A stretch of DNA of 64,000 nucleotides, from NCBI RefSeq assembly GCF_001194135.2, contig NC_068984.1:100109689-100173688 (forward strand), written 5' to 3'. The notes under the pieces are model-generated. The model did not search any database. It saw only the letters and a list, made by a program, of their open reading frames with translations, and was not told the DNA's origin. Both the position numbers and the translations under genes were made by a program. The DNA comes from Octopus bimaculoides (lineage: Eukaryota). Numbering within the stretch: the first letter of the stretch is position 1; each line of letters begins with the position of its first letter. Below, in pieces: positions 1-64,000 of this stretch.

Positions 1-44
<44 letters not shown>

Positions 45-624
45 CAAATGAAAGAGAGAAGATGGAATATACGAGAATTTATTATTAATCATGCCAATTG
101 TTTCGACACATCTAGCTTCAATTCCTCTTAGGTACGACATTCAACAACTGGCTCAGGAGCATCCAGTGATGCAGATGTATCTCGTCATGGGATAAATAAA
201 TAAATACAACTTGTTAAAATGACAGCTCCGCAATGCAACTTTCTGTTTTGTAGAGAGTAAAACAGTCAGACAGAGGAAATATCTTCATTTATGTAGAAGA
301 TCAAAACTAAAATCGCAGATGGCATAAATAGAAATGAGAAAAGTATTCAAAATAAGCGTTAACAGTGAGAAAAGTATTGAAAATGACTGTTAACAGATAT
401 GGATGTATAAACGCCCTTGGTCAAGCTGTATCCACAAAAAGGTGAGCATACGCACACGTGAAGTTTGGTGCACTCATGATCACAAAGCAAGTTAGTTATT
501 TATTTGGTGTAAAGAATGAGGAGGTTAAAAGTAAACTAAGTCATCCATACCTTAAAGTAAATACACATATATACATGCATATATACACACATATATATAT
601 GCATATAGATATATATATGGAGCT

Positions 625-945
625 AGGACTTTCCGTCTAAAACACTTTGGTCTAATATGCTATGATCTAAAGAAGTTTAATCTAAAGTGATTTTTGTATA
701 AATACACTATAGTCTAAAGACATTTTTGTCTAAATGCCCTTTAGTATAAAAACATTTCAGTCAAAACTCTCTTTGTCTAATAACTATTTTGTCTATAGAG
801 TCTCAAAAGAAAATGTAAAAGATCTAAATAACTATACTCTAATAATCGTTTTTGTCGTAAGACGAAAATACTTAGACGAAAGTGACTTTAGACAAAAATG
901 CTTTTGACCAAAGTGTCTTAGACTAAAGTGGTTTAGACCAAAGAT
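625..945. repeat. 15-16-bp periodic array (core GTCTAA) that switches orientation; fold-back/MITE-like element
   Basis: Core at 635, 650, 665, 680, 696, 712, 728, 744, 760, 775, 791; inverted core TTAGAC-like at about 858, 872, 888, 903, 918, 933. Confidence 0.75.
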
Positions 946-948
946 ATG

Positions 949-983
<35 letters not shown>

Positions 984-1536
984 ACATATATATGCATATA
1001 TATATATATATATANNNNNNNNNNNNNNNNNNNNNNNNNNNNNNNNNNNNNNNNNNNNNNNNNNNNNNNNNNNNNNNNNNNNNNNNNNNNNNNNNNNNNN
1101 NNNNNNNNNNNNNNNNNNNNNNNNNNNNNNNNNNNNNNNNNNNNNNNNNNNNNNNNNNNNNNNNNNNNNNNNNNNNNNNNNNNNNNNNNNNNNNNNNNNN
1201 NNNNNNNNNNNNNNNNNNNNNNNNNNNNNNNNNNNNNNNNNNNNNNNNNNNNNNNNNNNNNNNNNNNNNNNNNNNNNNNNNNNNNNNNNNNNNNNNNNNN
1301 NNNNNNNNNNNNNNNNNNNNNNNNNNNNNNNNNNNNNNNNNNNNNNNNNNNNNNNNNNNNNNNNNNNNNNNNNNNNNNNNNNNNNNNNNNNNNNNNNNNN
1401 NNNNNNNNNNNNNNNNNNNNNNNNNNNNNNNNNNNNNNNNNNNNNNNNNNNNNNNNNNNNNNNNNNNNNNNNNNNNNNNNNNNNNNNNNNNNNNNNNNNN
1501 NNNNNNNNNNNNNNNNNNNNNNNNNNNNNNNNNNNN

Positions 1537-1569
<33 letters not shown>

Positions 1570-2455
1570 AAGTCGATTTGTTGGCAGAACTTATAAAACC
1601 TGTTTGAGTGTATAAAGCTCTAGAAGAAAATAGCTTGAGTGAAAAAACTTGAGCCACTTTAGGATAGTTTTTTCTAATGCATGACTACTCAGTGGCATGG
1701 TTGAAATCTTATAGGTTAATAATAAAGGCTTTTCAGCTGTATGTGACCCATAGCAGTCATATACATGCATGCACGACTGCACGCACAACATTTGTCGATA
1801 GTGGGAGAATTGTAAATTATGTGTTTAAATAGACGGAGTGCAAAAAATTTTAAATAAATAATGTTGTAGGGAGAACATACAAATACCGTAAAGACAAAGA
1901 TATTTATGCACAACAAAATTGAAATTCGCTGAAGTCAGTTTTTAGGCAGACATGTTAAAACTGAATTAAAACACACTGGGTGAACAAAAGTTAAAAATAA
2001 CTCAATTGTATTTCAGGGAGAATGTACAAAAACCGTAACAACAGAGATTTTTACACATGACTAATTGAAATACATGGAAGTCAATTTGTAGAGAGAAGTT
2101 AATAAGTGTGTGAGTTAAAGAGAGAGAGAAAGTGAGTGAAAGAAACAGACACAGACTAAAAGAGAGGAGCTATTACAGAGGGTTAGAGAAGCAAAGAATG
2201 AGAAAAAGAGAGGGAAGAAAGAAATAAACAGAGAGGGAAAAGAGAGAGAATCGGTTGAAAACTGCAGCAGTTTTTAGAGAAAAACCCATATAAAACACCG
2301 TTTCTCCTGGTTTCTCATTTTACATGGAAGATCTGGGCAAAATGTTATAATGCATGACCATCATTGGCACATAAGTAATGTGTGTGTAAAGTTTGGTAAA
2401 AATCGGTTAAAAACTGTAGAAATGCATATGTACTACACACACACGTCCTTTGTTT

Positions 2456-2506
<51 letters not shown>

Positions 2507-4713
2507 NNNNNNNNNNNNNNNNNNNNNNNNNNNNNNNNNNNNNNNNNNNNNNNNNNNNNNNNNNNNNNNNNNNNNNNNNNNNNNNNNNNNNNNNNNNNNN
2601 NNNNNNNNNNNNNNNNNNNNNNNNNNNNNNNNNNNNNNNNNNNNNNNNNNNNNNNNNNNNNNNNNNNNNNNNNNNNNNNNNNNNNNNNNNNNNNNNNNNN
2701 NNNNNNNNNNNNNNNNNNNNNNNNNNNNNNNNNNNNNNNNNNNNNNNNNNNNNNNNNNNNNNNNNNNNNNNNNNNNNNNNNNNNNNNNNNNNNNNNNNNN
2801 NNNNNNNNNNNNNNNNNNNNNNNNNNNNNNNNNNNNNNNNNNNNNNNNNNNNNNNNNNNNNNNNNNNNNNNNNNNNNNNNNNNNNNNNNNNNNNNNNNNN
2901 NNNNNNNNNNNNNNNNNNNNNNNNNNNNNNNNNNNNNNNNNNNNNNNNNNNNNNNNNNNNNNNNNNNNNNNNNNNNNNNNNNNNNNNNNNNNNNNNNNNN
3001 NNNNNNNNNNNNNNNNNNNNNNNNNNNNNNNNNNNNNNNNNNNNNNNNNNNNNNNNNNNNNNNNNNNNNNNNNNNNNNNNNNNNNNNNNNNNNNGTGTTT
3101 GCTATTGTATATGCGTGTGTTGTTTATGCCCGTGTGTGTATGATTGTATGCGTGTCTGTGTGAGTGTGTAGTGTTGGTGAGAAGTGTGTGTATGTGGGTG
3201 TGTGCGTGTGTGTGTATATGTGTGGATGTGCGTGTGTGTGTGGGATTGTGAGTGTTAGGTACGGGTGTGTGTGTGTTTATGTGTGTCTGTATGTGTTTCC
3301 GTGTGCGCGTGTGTGTATATTTTTTGTGCGTGCGTGTATGTGTATATTGTGTATGTTTTCGTGCGTGCGTATGTGTTATGTATATGAGTGAGTATTGTGT
3401 ATGTGAGAGGTGTGTGTGCATGTGTGTATATGTGTATGTGTGCATGTGTGTATATGTGTATGTATATATATATATTGACAGACAGCATATTGACAGACCG
3501 GTCACTAGTCAATCTTATATACACAAGTACTATAATCTTTTTAGGATCTCCCCAAAAATTTTTTCATGAACCTTCTGATTCTTTTAATGTGCTAGTTTCC
3601 TGGTATTAAATTGATATTAATTAATATCGAATTTTTACCATATTATGTTAATTATATATATATATATATATGTCTGTGCATATTTGTATATGTGTATGTA
3701 TATACGTATGTGTGTGTGTGCATGGCTGCACATACACACAGATGTTGATGGGTGCATGGATGTGTGGTTTAGAAATTTATGTTAAAACCACATGGTTTAG
3801 GGTTAATTCTTGGTGTGTGGTACTGTGGGCAAGTGTCTTCCAGTATAGCCTTAGGTTGACCAATGTCTTGAGAATAATTGGTAGATAGAAACTAAATGAA
3901 AAACATACATGCATTCATATACACGTACATATATATATATATATATATACATATATGTATGCATATATATATATATATATATATANNNNNNNNNNNNNNN
4001 NNNNNNNNNNNNNNNNNNNNNNNNNNNNNNNNNNNNNNNNNNNNNNNNNNNNNNNNNNNNNNNNNNNNNNNNNNNNNNNNNNNNNNNNNNNNNNNNNNNN
4101 NNNNNNNNNNNNNNNNNNNNNNNNNNNNNNNNNNNNNNNNNNNNNNNNNNNNNNNNNNNNNNNNNNNNNNNNNNNNNNNNNNNNNNNNNNNNNNNNNNNN
4201 NNNNNNNNNNNNNNNNNNNNNNNNNNNNNNNNNNNNNNNNNNNNNNNNNNNNNNNNNNNNNNNNNNNNNNNNNNNNNNNNNNNNNNNNNNNNNNNNNNNN
4301 NNNNNNNNNNNNNNNNNNNNNNNNNNNNNNNNNNNNNNNNNNNNNNNNNNNNNNNNNNNNNNNNNNNNNNNNNNNNNNNNNNNNNNNNNNNNNNNNNNNN
4401 NNNNNNNNNNNNNNNNNNNNNNNNNNNNNNNNNNNNNNNATATATATATATATATATATGTGAGTGTATCTTTGGCGATTTTCTTCCTCCATCTTCACTT
4501 CTTTTGGACTTTTCTCTATTTCTGAAGCAGAGCTTTGCTCAAAACCTAAAATCCTCTTTCTTTCCTTTCCTGAGCATCTGATAATACAGTACTTGTACCA
4601 CGTCCTCACGTCATTGTTTTTTCTTGTTTGTTCTTCTTTGTTTGGATTCAATATATATATATATATGTGTGTGCATGTGTGTGTGTGTGTGTGTGTATGT
4701 ATGTGTGTGTGTG

Positions 4714-4753
<40 letters not shown>

Positions 4754-4786
4754 TATATATATGTGTGTGTGTGTGTGCATATAAAA

Positions 4787-6190
4787 TTTTGTGTGGATTA
4801 ACGATACAACCATTGATTTCATATAGAAAAGATCTCCACTATCTTCAAGCAATCCACTTGGGAATGTTGGTAATTGTTTCCATTTTGGATGAGATTACAT
4901 AAGATTACACAAGACTATGGAGGATTCCAGAATAAATACACAGTTGAGGGAAGGTGATTTATAAGGATTTCTGAATTGCTATCTCTTGCACTAGCCCTGG
5001 ATTTTTCCAAGAATTTGTGTTCACCATAGATCGATTAATTTGTTAATTGTATTCTGTAATATTGTTCATGCACTCCCACATTTATAAATACATATATATT
5101 TCTACAGCATTTCTTTTGTTGATGTTTGAGCATGTGAATAATTATCATTTGTGGATTTAAAATTAGTCTATGAGGCTGCAATTTCAGAAATATATTTATT
5201 AGTTCATATGCATATATTTTTGTGAATTGTGTGATTTCATGAATATATGTTGTGTTTATGTTATACATATATTTGTAGTTAAGAATTTCAGCAGGATTTC
5301 CAGGGAGTATATTAGTGTAATGCATATTGTGCTTGGTATTGATCCTTAGAAATAGAGGCACACACAAACCCCATATAAATTGGGATATCATAGTCAAGAC
5401 CAGCAAATATAGAGGATGGGGCAGCAAGTGTGACTTCTGTATCACAGAAAAATTAAACATAACATCAACAGAGAACATTTTGAATATTAAGGAAGAAACC
5501 TTCTCCCCTTGCATGCACAAACATCAATTCATACTATGAAATTTGAAGCCTGACTCCCACTCCCCTCACTCACTCACTTTACCAGCTATCTAACCAGGGT
5601 AAAACTTTAAAATTTTGGATATTGATTATATGTACAATTTGCATTACACAGGTATATGTACAGAAAATCCAGCTCCAAAAAGGCCTCCTGATAGCAAATG
5701 AGAATGGACACCAGCCAGCCCAAAGGCTGGGGTGGGCTGCACCTGCCTACCTCAGTTGCTATGGCATTGAGGTAGATCCAGCTACCCCCGTTAACGAGGA
5801 AAAAACCCGGATCTAAAACACTTGTTGATGATGATGATGATGATACCCAGGAATTCATGCTGAAATTCTTAGATACACATATATGTATCACATATGCATA
5901 ACATATATTCATGACACATTATGATTCACAAAAATACATGTATATGAACTTAAATATTTTTTTGTGAACTTGCAACATCATGGACTAATTTTGCAGCAAA
6001 ATCTTGTGAAATCTTAATAGGCGCAGGAGTGGCTGTGTGGTAAGTAGCTTGCTTACCAACCACATGGTTCCAGGTTCATTCCCACTGTGTGGCACCTTGG
6101 GCAAGTGTCATCTACTATAGCCTCGGGCCGACCAAAGCCTTGTGAGTGGATTTGGTAGACGAAAACTGAAAGAAGCCCATCGTATATATG

Positions 6191-6256
<66 letters not shown>

Positions 6257-6890
6257 TGTGTGTATGTTTGTCCCCCGTCAATTAGCGGTTCGGCAAAAGA
6301 GACCGATAGAATAAGTACTAGGCTTACAAAGAGTAAGTCCTGAGGTCGATTTGCTCGACTAAAAGTGGTGCTCCAGCATGGCCGCAGTCAAATGACTGAA
6401 ACAAGTAAAAGAGTAAAATGATATGTACATGCTCAAACATCAACAAATTACATGATGTATATATATAAAATAATGGGAGTGTATGAATGTTCTTGCATAA
6501 GATAAGGAATTAATTAAACTATGGAGAACACAAATTCTTGCAAAAATCCATGGTTGGTACAAGGAAGATAACAAGAAATTCTTATAAGTTTCCTCCCTTG
6601 ATCTATGTCTTTATTATGAATTCCTGCATATTTTCATGTAACTTCATGTATTCTCACCCAAAAGAGAGACAGTTACCAGCATTCTTAAGTGGATTGCTTG
6701 AAGATTGTGGAGATCTTTTCCCCATAAAATAACTGGTTGCCTTGTTAATCCACAAATAATGACATTTTTACCAGCAGCTTTGTTGCCTATGCCTACCATA
6801 AAACCATGTCCAGCCATTGAGAGATTCCTTGTGTGAGATATCTGATGAATAAGCACCTTACTTGAGAAACAATTGTTAGTAACAGGAAGG
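4787..6890 (+). mobile_element. Decayed Penelope-like element with an inverted 3'-region copy and GIY-YIG C-terminal remnant
   Basis: 5327-5539 encodes INWDIIVK..KY....KCDFCITEK...LNIKEE..PCMHK, resembling the PLE endonuclease C-terminus. 4787-5310 is an inverted copy of 5843-6017 + 6418-6757. A CTGATGA...GAAACAATTGTT motif lies at 6842-6878. Confidence 0.6.
6020..6418 (+). mobile_element. tRNA-derived SINE family A (CORE-like block, central TA/TG microsatellite); representative copy
   Basis: A box TGGCTGTGTGG (6030), B box GGTTCATTCCC (6073), CACCTTGGGCAAGTG, tail GTAAAAGAGTAAAA. Other copies at about 8325-8810(-), 12330-13985(+, split by Tc1), 33797-34250(-), 42056-42472(+), 50010-50378(+), 50438-51145(+), 51540-51895(+), 55440-55682(+), 61895-62230(-). 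Confidence 0.9.
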
Positions 6891-7208
6891 GTATCCAACC
6901 ATACAACACTACCTCAAATAGGTCTCATCCAATCCATGCCAGCATGGGAAATGTGGATGCATTGATGATGATGATGATGATGATGACGACATATACTCCC
7001 TGCGCATATGATACATGATACCATGTAGCTGATTTATAAACATCAATATTCACAGACTTTGACACTAATTCTATTTAACATCCCTGAAGCCATCTTGCTG
7101 GAGAATCAAGAATCCAATTCTCTTCTATTTCTACCATTTCCGTTCTGTTCTAGAAAGTTCTTCCGTTCTGTTCCACCGTTGCTTTTGTTTTTTTCTTTAT
7201 TGTTTTGT

Positions 7209-7261
<53 letters not shown>

Positions 7262-8565
7262 CCACTCTCTTGCTATTCACTTCTGCTCCCTCTTCTCTCT
7301 CTTTCTTCTCCCACTCATTCCTCTCTCTCTCATCCTCCTACTTTTCTCTCTTTCTCTCTCATTCTCTCTACTTCCACTCTTTTCTCTCACTCTCTCTCTT
7401 TCTTCTTCAAGCTCTCTCCTCCCACTCTTCTCTCTCTCTCTCCCTCCCCTTCCCCCTCTCTCTCCCTCTTTCTTTCTCCCTCCCCCCCCTCTCTCTCTCT
7501 CCATACAGAAGCCAGAGCACTTGCTATTGCTGTCACTGTAATTTGAACCCTCTTTCATAATGTTCCTTTAATTTTCTTTGTTCGCTGTTGTTTGTTGTTT
7601 TTGTTGTTATCACTGTTATTTATAGTCACCATTGTCAGTGCCATATTCATCATTATTGTTACTGGGGATTCATATTGGCCATCATGATGCTGAGGAGTAG
7701 GAGTAGGAGAAGCATGTTATAATTTGTCTTACTATTAACACCAACAGGAAGCTGTTATAACCATAATCAGCATCATCATCATAATCACAAAAACCATTGT
7801 CGTGATTTTCATCAGATTTATCAGCAGCAGTAGCAGCATCTCCATCACTACTACCACCATCACATATATCATTATCATAAACATCATCATGTATACCATC
7901 ATTTCAATTGTTATTTATGATCTATAAAAATTACATGCAATGCAGAAATAGCATGAACACAATATTCAAACTGTGAGATATACATAAGGGAAAGAATAGA
8001 GAATGTACCATATACATGGAGATTGTACAGCGTTGGTGGTGACTGTACTGCATAGGCAGAGAGAGAGAGACTGTATTGTAGAGTTGGTGGTTATGCTGCA
8101 TCAACCACCAAATGTCCCTTCATTCTAACAATATAAGGTTATACTATAATACTCAACTATATAAACACACAAGCACCAGCACGTGCACACAGAAGGGACA
8201 AGCATACTAGGAAGTACATGTGACACTGTTTCAACATTCATATCATATATAGGAAACATAGTCAAGAAGGCAAAGCTCTGCAGAAATATATCTGAGTGGT
8301 CACAAATATCTTTTGTCCTTCTTATCTTTTACTTGTTTCAATCATTAGGCTGCAGCCATGCTGGGGCAACACCTTGATGAATTTTTAGATAAATGAATCA
8401 ACCCCAGTACTTATTATTTGTTTTTTCTTTGTTTTTTTTTTTAAGCCTGGTACTTTCTCTAGTGATTTCTTTTGTCAAACCACTAAATTACAGGGATGTA
8501 AACACACCAGCACCGGTTGTCAAGCAATGGTGGGGGACAAACACAGACACAAAGACACTCACACT

Positions 8566-8620
<55 letters not shown>

Positions 8621-10197
8621 ATGGATGGATGGATGGATGGACGGACTGACACAATAGGCTTCTTTCAGTTTCCATCTACCAAATCCACTTACAAGGCTTT
8701 GGTTGACCTGAGACTATAGTAGAAGACACTTGCCCAAGGTGCCATGCAGTGGAACTGAACTTGGAGCCATGTGGCTGAGAAACAAGATTCTTACCAGACA
8801 TCCATGCCTTCATGTATCACCCTTCACCAACAGAAAACAAAAATAATAGTGTATAACAAACAATGTGTTACATACCTCTGAGATTAATGAAATAAATTAC
8901 TAGACATATGGCATAGGTCATTGTAATCAACTATATCCCCCCACCACTCACCAAATTTGAGGCTTCGTACTTATGGAAGAAATCACAGACCTGTCATAAA
9001 CCCTAATCTGTTCCCAACAAATTAACCCACTGTAGCCTAATCCTTCAGCAATAAACATCTTATTTCACAGCATTATAAGCTACACCAGAAACAGAGCCAA
9101 GTATTCAGCACCCTACGACAGCTTCACAATGTGCCTCTGTCCTGTCCTGGTTATGACTATACAGCAAGGACCAGTAGTTTTTAATAAAACTGGACCTGCA
9201 GCCTTATGAGTGTGAGCCCAACACTAACCACTTGGTCACACACCTTCACTGTTTCATGTACTACAATATATAATGTGCTTCAATGATTTCTTCTTGTAAA
9301 TGGATAATAGACCAGGGAGAGAGTGTTATACTTTTGTGTTCAGTGTGACAGTTTGGGTCATGAAGTTTACAACTTTCATGTTAGCATTGAAATCTGTATA
9401 TGACATAGGTTTTCTAAAGTAAAATATATTCAGTGGCTTGCAAGTTTGAGGTCTTATATTGAAAACATCTTGGTGTTTTTATTATATATTCTAACTAGGA
9501 TCAGAATATTCTTACTATATATTCTATGGTTAGTTAACGGTACATCTTGTGTACTATTCTTAGGCAAACAGTATATACATCTTACAATCAAACAACCTGA
9601 GATACCTTAAAATGCTCGGCCAAGGTCCCCTTTCACTATCTAGTTGACCGTGTTTGCGCTCAGAGAGACAGAGTGGCTGTAGGTTCGCTACTCAGGCCAA
9701 CATTTGCGGCAGTCTTTATGGTAAACATTTAAACCATCATCATCATCATTGTTTAACGTCCACTCTCCATGCTGGCATGGGTTGGATGGTTTGACATGGA
9801 GCTGGTTAGCAGGGAGCTGTCCAGACCCCAACTGTCTGTTATGGCATGCTTTTCTACAGCTTGATGCTCTTCCTAACAGCAACCACTTTACAGAGTGTAC
9901 TGGCTCCTTTTTACATGCCACCTGCATAGGTGCATTTATGCAGCACTGGTACAGGTGTATTAACACAACACCAGCATGGCTGCTTTTTAAGTGGTACTGG
10001 CACCTAAAAGACAAGCCTGTATGTGTGGAAGACAGCAATTTTACTTCGCCTGATGTGTCTTATCAAGTACAGTAAATCACCACCAGGCACATTCATAACA
10101 TTTTTATTGTGATAGATATGGAAAAACCAGTAGATAATCCTTTAAAAATTACGAACTTAATTCCATCCTTGATTTTACAATCTGACATTCATCTGAA

Positions 10198-10405
10198 GGC
10201 AGCAAGCTGGCAGAAACGTTAGCACGCCGGGCGAAATGCTTAGCGGTATTTTGTCTGTCTTTACGTTCTGAGTTCAAATTCCACCCAGGTCGATTTAGCC
10301 TTTCATCCTTTCAGGGTTGATAAAATAAGTACCACTTGCATACTGGGGTCGATCTTGTCGACTGGCCCCCTCCCACAAAATTTTGGGCCTTAGTACCTAG
10401 AGTAG
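10198..10405 (+). mobile_element. tRNA-derived SINE family B; representative copy
   Basis: Head AGCTGGCAGAA, B box GAGTTCAAATTCC, central GCCTTTCATCCTTTC.GGGT.GATAAAATAAGTACCA. Other copies at about 17870(+), 18420-18860(-,x2), 19375-19570(-), 26460-26893(-,x2), 30540-30750(-), 43494-44085(+), 46110-46315(+), 57657-58110(+,x2), 59640-59850(-). Confidence 0.9.
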
Positions 10406-11180
10406 ACCCAGTATGCAAGGAAAAAAAAAATCAATAATTGCAGTTTTCTTGTATACATGTAAAGTGATGGTGAGTGTTCAATATATGCTTGCATTCATGC
10501 ATACTATATATACATGCATGCATGGTTGTGTGATTAAGAAATTCATTTCATAGCCAAATGGTTTTAGGTTCAGTCCAACAGCATGACACCATGGACAAGT
10601 GTCTTTTACTATGGCCCAGGCTGATGAAAACTTTGTGAGTGAATTTGATAGATGGAAACTGAAAGACCCTTGCAATCTATCTGTTTCTTCATGTATTTTT
10701 GTGTATGTTCATGTGTCCTTGTTTTGACCAGGGAAATATTACCTCACTCAGAAACGGGTGATGGTTAATGACCAGAAGGGTTTATGGCTGTATAAAACCT
10801 GCCTCAACAAATTTCATCTCACCTATGCAAGTGGACGTTAACATAATGATAATTTGATGATGATGATGATGTATATGATATATACAGTGGGCTTCCACAC
10901 AGTTTCCATCTACCAAATTGCACACATTAAGTATTGGTTAACTTGAGGATATGGTAGAAGATACTTAGAGTAAGGTCCAATGCAGTAGAATTGAACCTGG
11001 AATCATGTGGTCATAAATCAAACTTCATTACTACACAGCCATACTCAAAACCAGTATTCTAACTTTATAGTTAATAACCGTCCCCATTGTTTTCTCTTTA
11101 ATGTAACAAATTATTTTAAAATATTATATTAACTACTTTTTGAAGAACATTCTAAATAATAAGTATCTGTTTGTTTGTAG

Positions 11181-63263
<52,083 letters not shown>

Positions 63264-64000
63264 GTAAGTAGTTTCTCTTTGATACATACTAATTAAAAAC
63301 AACTAATTCTCATTAACGTCAAATGCAAAATTACATTTCTTTGTAGTATTATCGTTTACTGCTCACCTTTAAAGCTGTATACATATACAATAATATATAT
63401 ATATATATATATGATGTGCATGTGTGTGTGTGTGTGTGAACACTACATTTAGATCTCTAATGATCATACGGTGTCTTAATCCTGGAAATGTACCTGGTCT
63501 GACATGAAATTAAAACTAGTGCAGTGACCAAGAATTCAATATCCAATCATCAGCAGGTGTCTTATGTATGTATGTGTGCATCTGTATGTATGTGTGCATC
63601 TGTATGCATGTATATGTGTGTGAGTATGTGGAATAAACAAAAACATCAATGGATTTTAAATTTTGCGACAACTGTTTCACTAAGAACCTTTATTTAATAT
63701 AAGCATCATGCAATATTTTGGATTATGCCATGCATTATGCAATTCTCCAACTCATCAAACAATATTCAAAACAGTTCATTTACAGCTTGTTGAGTAATCA
63801 ATTGATTCTCAGACAAGTGAAGTTATAGTCAAAGGTTCTGATTTATAACATGAACAATGTGGGCATTTCAAGGAACTCCGGAATTCTGTATGACTGAAAT
63901 ATGTATATATATATTTGTGTGTGTGTGTGTTTTTTATTTGTATGCATGTATATTTACATTCATACACACACACACATTCATACATTCACAGACACACACA

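Noticed and set aside
88-150. GAAACAATTGG hammerhead-like fragment on the - strand
   Set aside because: No CUGANGA core at a suitable distance and no NUH pairing.
625-945. CRISPR-like appearance of the periodic array (also 53405-53525)
   Set aside because: Units are only 15-18 bp with degenerate cores and no 30-40-bp unique spacers; eukaryotic context and no cas genes.
923-4852. Long ORFs (200-450 aa) in the track, here and at other gaps
   Set aside because: They are open only because they run through N-gaps and TA/TG microsatellites; only the RT part of 28276-29646 is real.
6020-6090. tRNA gene candidates at SINE heads
   Set aside because: A and B boxes are present, but there is no full cloverleaf and each continues into SINE body and tail.
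7059-7560. Leu/Ser-rich ORFs; likewise His-rich ORFs at 27348-27668 and 19799-20206
   Set aside because: Translations of (CT)n and (CAT)n simple repeats.
9683-9720. Possible 38-nt exon (tgtag|...|gtaaac) in a CpG-richer patch
   Set aside because: No pyrimidine tract, no Epac similarity, and its length and phase do not fit as a cassette before exon A.

Overview
AT-rich, microsatellite-dense animal genomic DNA with 11 N-gaps. The SINE/LINE content looks like octopus (inference). The whole window lies inside one + strand gene, an Epac/RAPGEF4-type cAMP-regulated Rap GEF. I hand-spliced 14 exons (1572 nt, 523 complete codons) into one open frame covering the cAMP-binding (CNB-B), REM, RA and start of the CDC25 domains; the gene runs off both ends. 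One intron (39230-40883) is a U12-type AT-AC intron. The introns are filled with decayed mobile elements: Tc1, mariner, Tigger, a hAT MITE, RTE and R4/Dong-like LINEs, Helitron-like elements and at least two tRNA-derived SINE families. The most striking unexplained structure is a set of sequence-unrelated fold-back (inverted-repeat) elements at about 4.8-6.9, 22.7, 31.7, 35.4-36.2 and 51.9-52.7 kb. Each carries a minimal type I hammerhead-ribozyme-like motif with a palindromic or near-palindromic helix III pointing outward, consistent with Penelope-like element (PLE) termini. No tRNA or rRNA genes and no CRISPR array are supported. All alignments were done by eye.
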